Assembly (NCBI GenBank): GCA_000091205.1
Contig: AP006502.2
Length of the DNA stretch: 64,000 nucleotides
DNA from: Cyanidioschyzon merolae
Lineage: Eukaryota
Strand: one strand, 5' to 3'
Of this stretch, positions 31,765-41,475 are shown piece by piece. How positions within the stretch are numbered: the first letter of the stretch is position 1; the number at the start of each line of letters is the position of its first letter. The notes under the pieces are model-generated. The model worked only from the letters and a program-made list of their open reading frames with translations. It was not told the origin of the DNA and did no database searches. The position numbers and the translations under genes are program-made.

Positions 31765-34700
31765 ATGAGCGATCAACCAAGCGTATCCGTTAAAGTGCCT
31801 CTTTATGAGAAGATCTACCAGTTAGATGGGTTCATTGGCGACGAGGAGCGAAACGCTTTACAACTTCCTGAAGGCGTCGACGAAGCTGGACTCTTCGTCA
31901 CTGTCTACGTTTCCCGAGAGAGCACGTACCCCGGTGATGCACCAGCTGGTGGTGCGACTCCTCACGAGAACACAGGAGATCCGAGCGTTGCTCGCGAGGA
32001 TATTGTAGACTGGCGTAAAGCGCGTATCGTTTGTCGTTTTCTGCTCGTGCTTCTCAGCAGAGAGGAGGTACGTCATCTTGATCAGTTGGGGGCGTCTGTG
32101 CCCAAGTCGTTGAAGGAGCGCATCGCCGAGCGCAATCGCTTTGAGTGGTCTCGTATTTTGCAAAATCGTCCGACGTACTTGCACTGGGGGGTAGCCAGGG
32201 ATCACCCTGATGAGTGGACGCTACCCGAGGCGAAAACGTTTCCCCCGGGAACGATTCGTTTCGATAAGATCGCTGTACGCACCGAGTTTCCCGCCGAGCA
32301 CCCAAGGATTCGCATCAACGTACCTTTCTTCGAATCTGGCAACGAGTTGCGCACGATCCGAGGAATCAAGGCAGTAGTCTACCGAGCAAAAGACCACAAA
32401 TACTTTAAAGACGGTAGAAGAGATATTTTCGTGCCTGTCTGGGACTCTGTGCGGACCTGGGTCATCGACGGCGCAGGCATCGAAGAGAACGTTGCAGAGC
32501 TTTCGTTGACGGAATCTGCTTTTCGGACGGCATTAGGTGTTTCACGCAGTGATTCGTACATGTCGCTTTCACGGGAAACATCCCCGGGACCGGACGCCTC
32601 TGGTAGCGGGCGCTCAGCAGTGCGCCGGTCGATCTCGCTGAGCTCGGTTCGTAAGCTCAAGTCCTCAGCATCTCTTGATCGATTGGTGAAAGCCGGGGCG
32701 CCACAGGATCGCTCATTAAAGGCAGTGCGCAGGATCCATACAGCGGCGACCGTTCTTTTCGAAGAACTGTTTGGGGGCGTCGGTCGCGGCGGCAGCGGCC
32801 ACCTTGATGTTGTCGTGGAGGAAATGGAGCCCCAGTCCGAGTACCACATTCATATGGCGACAGATATCAGCGGATTGGCACTTCACTGGGGAGTCAGCCG
32901 CAAGAAACCAGGTCAGTGGGTGCTTCCGCGTCGAGACTGGTGGCCCGCTGGCGTTACCAGCCAAGTCGATCACAAGGCTGTGCGCAGTGAGTTCGAAGCT
33001 GATCAGGATAACCCGGGCGTATGGCGCCTAGATATGTGCTTCCGCCGCGAATCCGAAGATGACATTGCAAACGGAGAGTCTTGGTTGCCGTCTGCACTAG
33101 TATTTGTTCTGTATCAAGCAGAGTACAATTTTTGGTCGAACTATCATAATGATAATTTTGTTGTACCAGTCGCACCGCCGGCGCCCTCCGTTCTTGAGGA
33201 CGTATACGCTTCGTATTTACACACGTTGCAGGAGCAGGAAAAGATGCTGGGCGATCGCGCCCAGGGCGAGGAACCAGAAACCCTGCCTGTTGGCACAATC
33301 CTGGGTCTGGAGAGACGCTCGCTCGACGACGATGGCGAGACAGTTATTTGTTTCTCCGTCGAAGAGGATGGCTTCGCGCTCCGAGTTCATGCTGACTTGT
33401 CGCCGCTCGTCATCCATTGGGGGATCGCGCGGCATCGGGTCACTGAGTTTCTGCAACCCGACGAAAGTCTCGCGGTTGAAACCAAGGGTCGGACCTACCG
33501 CTTCGAAAACAAAGCCATGCGGACCGAATTCGTGCCGGATGAGCATCATCAGGGCACCTACTATGCGGAAATCCACCTGAAGAAGGAGCATGCACCGCGC
33601 GCAGTCACCTTTGTGCTCTTTAATCCCGAGCTGAATCGTTGGTACCGCGCTGAGGGCGGCGGCAACTTTGTGCTACGAATGGATCTGGAGTCGTTCTCGC
33701 AGCTCCCAGGAAGTGTTGGCAAACACGAAGACGTCGCCCAGAAGATCATCGAGGTTGAGGTCGAGTACGGATCCTGGACGCTCATGCACCGTTACAATTT
33801 GGCGAATGATATCCTACGGAACAGCATGTCTGCTTTGGATGCGGATCTTTTGCAGATAGTCTTTGTGTGGTTACGGTATAGCTTCCTGCGGCAGCTGGAC
33901 TGGCAGCGCTCCTACAACACGCAACCGCGCCTGTTAGCGCACGCTCAGGAGCAGCTCACGACGACGCTAGCTCAGGTCTTTGTCAGTCGTCCAGATCTCC
34001 GGCTCTGGGTGCGCCTGTGTCTCTCGATGCTGGGCCGAGGCGGAGGCAACGGCCAGCGAATTCGAGACGACATCCTGCGGATCATGCACAAGCATCACAT
34101 ACCGGAAACGCCGGGTCATTTTATGGAACAGTGGCACCAAAAGCTGCACAATAATACGACTCCAGACGACGTGGCAATCTGTGAGAGTTATCTCGCATTT
34201 CTACGATCTAATGGCGACAAGAACGTCTTCTATGAGACGCTGCAAAAGCACGGCGTAACGAAAGAACGTTTGGCATCTTATGAACGTCCGATATTCGCGG
34301 AGGTGCAAACCTATCCCTGTGACACCAACAGCCTTATACACGACTTTGAGGAGTACCTTCACGTTCTGAAGAGCGTGCACTCCGGAACAGACCTGGCGGT
34401 TGTTCTGGACTATGCGCGCTGGACGCTTGATCAGGAGCTCATTAGCAAGGTTGAGCATATCCAGTCGGTGCGAGCGGAGCTCATGGCGAGTCCACAGGGG
34501 GCGCTCGAGTTCTCCTTCTTGATTGCTGAGGCGAGGAAGATGCTCCAGAGTACCTTAGAGCACGTCGAAGATCCAACGCGCGTTCGGGATATGCTGTTCC
34601 TTGACCTGGCGCTTGACGAGCTCGCTCGCTTGGCCGTCGAGAGTCAGGGGCTTGCCGACTACGTTGCCGAGACCGATGTCCAAAAAGCCTGCAATCTTTT

Positions 34701-36483
34701 GGTGGTTCTAGCACAGCACGTTGGATGGTCTATGCTATCCAGTGCGTTCCTGGAAACCAGTTATGATCTTGCGGCGCTGGTGTACGGTATTCAGTCGGAC
34801 GTACAATTGCAGGAGCCAGATTTCGGTCTCCGCCTCTATGCGACAATGGAGCGCCTCATGGACTGCGTCGGGCATGATGTGGTGGAACGGCTCCACCACG
34901 ACGTGCAACCCAAGGCGGTGTACATTGGCGTTGGCTGCAACATCGACCAAAAGGTTGTGACGCTTTTCTCGGAAGAGCTCATTCGGGGTCAGGCGGCCTT
35001 TGCACTGGCCCAAGTCCTTCGCCCGCTCATGAGGAATATTCGCAAGCAAGCTAATCTCGGAAATTGGCAGGTAATTAGCCCGGGATCATGCACTGGTCAA
35101 GGAGCGGTATTTGACGAGCTCCTGTCCATTCAGTACAAGACGTTTGCCGAGCCCACGGTAGCGTTTGTGCGCCGCATATCCGGAGAGGAGGAGATTCCCA
35201 CCGGCATGGTCGGCCTCATCACTACCGACACACTCGACATACTCTCGCATTGTGCGGTTCGGGCACGCAACGAGCATGTCGTCTTGGCCTGTTGTTTCTC
35301 CGAGGAGCTTTTTGATCAGCTCACAGAGCGATTCCGTGGTGCCTGGGTCGCCGTGCGCTCCCTAACCGATGGTTCTCTGGATTTCCAACCGATACAGGAG
35401 GGAGCTGGACGCACCACGGCGGCGGATACGACGGATGGAGCATCCGAACACGCCCAACGTCGAGCGGTATCCATGCGCTCCGATATCGAGAAAAAGCCAG
35501 TGAAATCGGTGCTTGGTATTGCGCAGTTCAACACGCAGCGTGGAGGTTCCAAGTCGAACTCGCTTGCCAAACTCATCCGCGTGATACCGGACTGGATTCA
35601 CATCCCTCCGTGCGCGTTGCTACCCTTTGGAGTTTGCGAGCAGGTGCTTGCAGAGGCACAGAATTCTGACGTGGGGGAGCGTTTCCAGCAGCTCATGGCG
35701 GAACTGGACGGAAAGGGGCCTACCGATGACTGCAGCGCCTTGCTCGCACGTTTGCGGCACTGTGTTCGGCAACTTGCACCGAGTGATACCTTCATGAAGG
35801 AGTTGCAACAGGTTCTCCAGCACGAAGGTTTCCACTCCATTGACAACCTCGATATGAGGCGCGCCTGGGAGTGTATCCTAGATGTTTGGGCATCCAAATT
35901 CAACGACCGGGCGTTTCTGGCGTTGCGCAAAGCAGGCGCTGTTGGGAAAACCTCATTGTCCTCGCTCTACATGGCAGTTTTGGTCCAGGAGGTGGTCCCT
36001 GCGGACTATGCCTTCGTCCTGCATACGAAGAATCCGTTCACTGGGGAGCCATCAGAGATCTATGGTGAATTGGTTCATGGTCTGGGTGAAGTGCTTGTTG
36101 GCAACTACCCAGGCCGTGCGCTCGGATTTACGTACTCGAAAAGCACGGGTCAAGTGCGCGTCTGCAACTACCCCAGCAAGACCAAAGCGCTTATTCCACG
36201 TGGTGGCTTGATTTTTCGCAGTGACTCCAACGGAGAGGACCTCGAGGACTTTGCTGGAGCTGGGCTCTTTGATTCCATCCTTATGCAACCAGCCGAAGAA
36301 GTTGTCGTTCGTTACCGTGAACTCAAAATTCTGCAGGACAAAGCTTACCTGGAACGTATCCTCTCAAAAATAGGAAAATGTGGGATTGAAATTGAGAGCA
36401 ATTGTGGTAACAAACCGCAGGATATTGAAGGTTGCATTTGCGGCGAGGATGTGTACGTCGTTCAATCACGTGACCAAGTCTAG
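31765..36483 (+). CDS. GWD: Alpha-glucan, water dikinase (GWD / R1 protein; starch phosphorylation), 1572 aa, single exon
   Basis: The C-terminal PEP-utilising/nucleotide-binding domain 'YMAVLVQEVVPADYAFVLHTKNPFTGEPSEIYGELVHGLGEVLVGNYPGRALGFTYSKS' closely matches plant GWD 'MAVLVQE(I/V).ADYAFVIHTTNPSSGD.SEIYAEVV.GLGETLVGAYPGRALSF'. The phospho-His motif 'LDILSHCAVRARNEHVVLACCF' (~35241-35290) matches 'LSHVSVRARN'. The N-terminal half has three CBM45-like 'HWG(V/I)(A/S)R...W.LP' segments. Confidence 0.9.
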   Translation: MSDQPSVSVKVPLYEKIYQLDGFIGDEERNALQLPEGVDEAGLFVTVYVSRESTYPGDAPAGGATPHENTGDPSVAREDIVDWRKARIVCRFLLVLLSREEVRHLDQLGASVPKSLKERIAERNRFEWSRILQNRPTYLHWGVARDHPDEWTLPEAKTFPPGTIRFDKIAVRTEFPAEHPRIRINVPFFESGNELRTIRGIKAVVYRAKDHKYFKDGRRDIFVPVWDSVRTWVIDGAGIEENVAELSLTESAFRTALGVSRSDSYMSLSRETSPGPDASGSGRSAVRRSISLSSVRKLKSSASLDRLVKAGAPQDRSLKAVRRIHTAATVLFEELFGGVGRGGSGHLDVVVEEMEPQSEYHIHMATDISGLALHWGVSRKKPGQWVLPRRDWWPAGVTSQVDHKAVRSEFEADQDNPGVWRLDMCFRRESEDDIANGESWLPSALVFVLYQAEYNFWSNYHNDNFVVPVAPPAPSVLEDVYASYLHTLQEQEKMLGDRAQGEEPETLPVGTILGLERRSLDDDGETVICFSVEEDGFALRVHADLSPLVIHWGIARHRVTEFLQPDESLAVETKGRTYRFENKAMRTEFVPDEHHQGTYYAEIHLKKEHAPRAVTFVLFNPELNRWYRAEGGGNFVLRMDLESFSQLPGSVGKHEDVAQKIIEVEVEYGSWTLMHRYNLANDILRNSMSALDADLLQIVFVWLRYSFLRQLDWQRSYNTQPRLLAHAQEQLTTTLAQVFVSRPDLRLWVRLCLSMLGRGGGNGQRIRDDILRIMHKHHIPETPGHFMEQWHQKLHNNTTPDDVAICESYLAFLRSNGDKNVFYETLQKHGVTKERLASYERPIFAEVQTYPCDTNSLIHDFEEYLHVLKSVHSGTDLAVVLDYARWTLDQELISKVEHIQSVRAELMASPQGALEFSFLIAEARKMLQSTLEHVEDPTRVRDMLFLDLALDELARLAVESQGLADYVAETDVQKACNLLVVLAQHVGWSMLSSAFLETSYDLAALVYGIQSDVQLQEPDFGLRLYATMERLMDCVGHDVVERLHHDVQPKAVYIGVGCNIDQKVVTLFSEELIRGQAAFALAQVLRPLMRNIRKQANLGNWQVISPGSCTGQGAVFDELLSIQYKTFAEPTVAFVRRISGEEEIPTGMVGLITTDTLDILSHCAVRARNEHVVLACCFSEELFDQLTERFRGAWVAVRSLTDGSLDFQPIQEGAGRTTAADTTDGASEHAQRRAVSMRSDIEKKPVKSVLGIAQFNTQRGGSKSNSLAKLIRVIPDWIHIPPCALLPFGVCEQVLAEAQNSDVGERFQQLMAELDGKGPTDDCSALLARLRHCVRQLAPSDTFMKELQQVLQHEGFHSIDNLDMRRAWECILDVWASKFNDRAFLALRKAGAVGKTSLSSLYMAVLVQEVVPADYAFVLHTKNPFTGEPSEIYGELVHGLGEVLVGNYPGRALGFTYSKSTGQVRVCNYPSKTKALIPRGGLIFRSDSNGEDLEDFAGAGLFDSILMQPAEEVVVRYRELKILQDKAYLERILSKIGKCGIEIESNCGNKPQDIEGCICGEDVYVVQSRDQV

Positions 36484-39400
36484 ATATCGGTCGTTGAATG
36501 CGAAGAATTTAAAGTCTGGGATGCATTACCCGAGACCAGCGGACGCCGCTGGCAAGTGCTCGGTTTCTGCTTGCGCTGCGAGCGCTGCCCAGTGCCGAAT
36601 GTCGTGGCCAGCAGGGCGACTTTCGCGATGCGGCATCGACAGGCGCTCCGAGTGCTCAGTCATATCGAAGCAGGGGACCTCATGACCGGTCAGCTGTTGC
36701 CCAGGAAAACCGTTGTCGGTGAAAATGTACGAGGCGTCCTGCTTGCACGATTGCTGAACCGTACCATACCAGTGCATCGCTCCAGACGAGAAGCCGATGT
36801 GCGCTTGCTGGAGCTTTGCTTTTCCTTGGTGGCAAGTTTTCCGCGTTTCAGCATCATGCGTATACGGTGTATGGAATGGTTCACGTGAAGCTTTCACCTG
36901 CGGCAAACCCGATGGACGCTTCTGACGCACGAGACGTCTCCGGATGTGAATTGACGTGTTCGAGCTTCGGTGCAGCGCGTGTTTGCACACATCGTTGCCG
37001 ATGGCATCACTGCATAGCAAACCTGGTACCGTCGATTGCTTCGTCATCTGATATTCGGTCTGCGTACTGTGGATTATCTCGTGGATCCGGCCCTGTTGCA
37101 TTCCCTTTTTTGTTGTAGCAGTATCAGCGGGTACTCGTGCTTGTGGGGCGTGTTCTTCGTCCTTGACGCGTGCATTGGAATCGAACCCAATCGATTCCTT
37201 TATTGGTTGCTTGCTCTCGTCGACGGAGCAGGAGTGCAGGAATCGCGCGCTAGAGCACATCCAGCGCTACAGGCTACCACTGAACGACGCAACTTGTCAC
37301 CCGCGTCCTTTTTCAACGCACTGAGCAAGTTGGCGAATCCACGATCCTGGTCACCGTACAGCCAAAAGCCCCAGCGTCTCGTGCTCGATCTCGTGTACGC
37401 TTGGTGATGATCGATGACATGATCCGTATTGACGCACATTGGTGCTCAGAAGCGTAGCATCCATAGCTACAGTTCCCGCTCTTCTGAGCCAGGAAGGTTA
37501 GGGAACAGAACGCACGGGGTTCGCCTCATGAAGCGCTCAACATTGACCCAGGTATGTTTTCGTTCTCGTGCGATAGGTTTGATACTTTTTGCATTTACGC
37601 TTTAGATAATGCGATAGCGGACTTTCAGCACAGACAGTTCACGGTATCCGGGAAGGCGTTTGTGCGAATCTCGGATCCGACCATCATGCTAGCTAGCATC
37701 TTCAGAAGCGAGCATCACCTTTCGTACGAATGCTAGATCGAACGATTTCATAGTAACGAGGACAGCTGGTAACCGTTCGACCGGAGCGCCCGATTCATTG
37801 TTGCATACCGGTACGCGTCTAGGCGAGGGAAGCTGAACGAGCCTTCCCCGAAGTCAGAGGCTACTCGATCATGAACCGCATTCGGCGTCTTACTCTTTGG
37901 AGGATTCTCCACGCTGGTATGTTTTCGTAAAAACGCCTTGACAACGACATCAGATTGATGTTTCTGCTGCAGCCGTTTCTCCCGCTTGTCCATCCTCGTC
38001 CACTATTTGAAAGAATCGCTCTCTTCTTTTCGTAATGGTTTATTGCACCTTCCCGTTACTTTACAGGGTGACATATTCGTGGTCGCAGTACGCTATATTC
38101 ATGGTGTCCTCCGGGTTCAAGTGCATTTAGTGGACGATGGGAATGAATACCGCCTTTTCTATGCTTGTGAAGACGATGCCACAGGTACCATTTCGTCACC
38201 GTCGACGTCACGAGCACAACCGTGCAGAAAATCACGCCTTGCCGCTCGCTCCCGCACACTGTCAGAAGAGCAACAGAGCATTTCAGGACTGGTGAAGGTA
38301 GCGAACGACTCGTCATTTGATCTGAGCGCGTCACCATCGCGTTTGGTAGCGGAGCAGACGCCTTGGATTTGGATTGAGTCAATGAGAATAGGCTGCCGCT
38401 ATGAGCAGCTCAACGCCATTCGCAGCTGCATGCTCCTCGACCGCCCTTGGGTGGTTCAGAACGACGTTACCTAGAAGCACCGCAGAAGAACGTGCCAAAA
38501 GACAAGTCACGACGAGCTTCGTTGAGGGCTGGGCATGTTGCACCATCACGTCTGTTGGGCGGTCTGTAGGCGACCGACGCTCAACATCGCCCCGGGTGCT
38601 GATGCTGTCGTCATGCTCGATTGTCTCTTCTTGATGAGCAGCGTTTAACCGGTTTTCGAGTTCGCAAATTCAGATATGCGTTTTCTCGCGAATAAGGTCT
38701 CATCGAATGAGACGAATACGCGCCCCTTCTGAAGTAAGCGTTCGCGTTTCAGTACGGAATCGATGTGTGTATTGTTCAGCGGGCGACGGTCTCGCATCCA
38801 AGTGTGGTTCTCTGTTCGTCCGTCCACGCTTCCTCATGATCGGCCGCATGAACAGTACGGAAACTGAACATATCGTGGCTACTTTCGAAGTATACATTTG
38901 AGAACAACTGGATTGAAATGGATGAACGGGAAGGCAAATGTCTAGACTGAGTTTTATAGCATCTGGTCCAGGTGCACGACGTTCAGCACCAACGCTACGA
39001 GGCCGGCGATTTATCCACCTGCTGACTATTGATTAATCCAATGATGGGAGCAACGCTGTTTTCGGAAGCCAGTACCGACAAGATTTACGCTTCATGTGCC
39101 GGCACTCTAAGCTATAAGACGCAGTCCGTTCATTGGATAACTGCGAGAAAGAAACACAGGAACAAAAGATTCATACCGATATCGGTATTCCTGATTGTAC
39201 TGCTTTGCGTCTAGCGAAAGACGCAAACTCGGATTAGCCCCAAAATGTGATTCCTGCGAGATTCCAGATCTATATCCGCGTCGGTTTCAGAATAAATACG
39301 ACTGTTTGCGATGCATTTGCCAAGCGAGTGCTTACCGAGCCTTCGTCGATAAGCATGTTCGAGACTAGAAGCACAGCCATAAAGTCCTACAGATGCGCAA

Positions 39401-41475
39401 GTAGCTTTGGGGCGCTCCGTCGCTTTTTTCAGGGTCGCTCATTCGACTCTTTGCCGATGAAGCTCGTTACGGTACAGATATCAAGACGATTTACGACATC
39501 ATGATCCGACTCGTATGCGAGATACTCCAAGCTGCTCAGTTGCACACGTGGAGCATGTTTCGATCATGTATTCTTCAACTCTTAGAGTTTTCTCTTGCAA
39601 GGCAACTCATGGGCGCATAGATTCGCACCCCTCCATAGACGAGGAACAAGTACGCAATATCATCGCCTGATGTCTAGTTCAAGAGCATCTTACAAAAGCT
39701 CTCTGAGCTTTGCACGTGCTATAATCCATGCCATTCTCGAGATAGATCCTTTTCACTCTGTGATCATGGACAAAGTGGCATTCGACAGCAGCAGCTTTTT
39801 ACCTTTTATGCAAGACGCTCCCATGAAGCTCACTTCTGTTCTGTTCGCGAGGAGAAATGAGCTTGGGCTCGAACTTGAGCAACGCAGCGAGGGATTACTA
39901 CGAAGAATGTGTCACCGCTTTTTCTACGAAAGCGGTGTCTACGGGTTGAAATGTTGCGCACGGCTCTCTAGCCTGTATTTCCCATCCAGTACGTGTTCCA
40001 TTGTGGGCAACCTCGTGCTCTACGGAACCTATTATTGAATGGAGCATCTTGTGCTAGCGTGTGCAACAGCCAGAGTACTCGCTGAGGGCATCGCATCGAA
40101 GAAGCGCCTGACTGTAGCATACGGCACCGTGGGCAGACCTCATGACCCGTCGAGGGAATGTTCTGCGCGATGAAGAGGCAAGCACGCTGCGCAATGCGGC
40201 CTTCAGAGATCAAGGAATGTTGGATATACGGGAGTATCTGATCACAGTCAACTATCACTGGTGCGAAGGGCGCAAAATAGGCTATGTTTGGTGAGTGCGA
40301 AAACGGAAAGCAATGCGTGGATCGCAACTTCCGCTTCGGCATGGATTGCCTCGACTACAGCCGGAAGCTGCGACATCGGGACCTGTACGCTTCCGTTAAC
40401 ATCCGTAGACTTTCGGAAACGCATCGTGAGGAGAAGCAGAGCCAACCATATTTAAAACCGGAGATGCAAGAGATCGAACACAAAAAAGCCGCAGATAAAA
40501 CCCGCTAATACTGTTGTTGATGACATAGACAAGTGACCCAAAATTGAGCGAGCACACACGCTTCGTGGCTGCCCCATTCCAAATTATGCTGACATGGGTC
40601 TAGCTCTGCGTTCGCTCTCTGAGTCATATCCATAGCCCCCACGCACTGGAGTGTTTGACGACATGCGCCGTGTCCCGGAACGATAACAATCGCACCACGA
40701 ACTGCACAGGGAATTGCGACTTTCACGGTCGCAAGCGCGGAAACGTGCTTATCACCATATTACCAATACTTTGCAGCATTGGATAAGCAGCGCTTTGGTA
40801 TCGTAGATGCTCCTTCGCGCCGTATACAGCCTCGACATCGCGAACATGAGCAAGGCGTAATGCTTGCAAGAAGGACGACCTTCATCGTGGCACAGATATC
40901 GCAATCGCTGGTGACTCTGCCTATGTTGTGTACTTTCCATTATGGCATACGAAGGCATCTCGTGACGCTGGCGATTTGAAACGCATGTACCTGTGTTGAC
41001 GATGAATGCAGCGCCGATGAACAGGCGCAGCTGCATGACACCGAGACAACAGGTGCATCGTACACGACGGATGAGCACGAGACGGTACCAGCCTCGACGC
41101 GAGAACTCACGCGACCACGCACAAAAGCCCGATGCTGTTCTGATATTCACGCAAGCAGAGTTTCGAAATAGAATGCACTAGTGGATCATTCGTACAAAAG
41201 CGGCAAACACGTGCACTTTCTGCAGTGTACCCATCGTCGCACATGGTTGCAGAGGCCGCGCTTTCCCAGCGCGTGTCGTCTAGGCACGCTAGCTTCGTGC
41301 GGTATGCAAACGCCACCTAGCCAGGCGGGCATTGCAAGTGCTTTTATGTCCATGACAGGTGTCGACGAAAACGACGGCGGCGGCGAAGGCGGCGTTGTAG
41401 CCCAGCCCGAGTCATGAACTATCAGCGCTACGCTGCGACAGGGACAGTCGCACCAGAAACACAGTACCGACGATG

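Noticed and set aside
31231-31793. ORFs 31231-31527, 31296-31793 and 31475-31768 inside the tandem array
   Set aside because: Their translations ('NGHTALYTLLHHRWRVRSGCGERRP' reiterated) are just the repeat unit read in frame. They are not independent genes.
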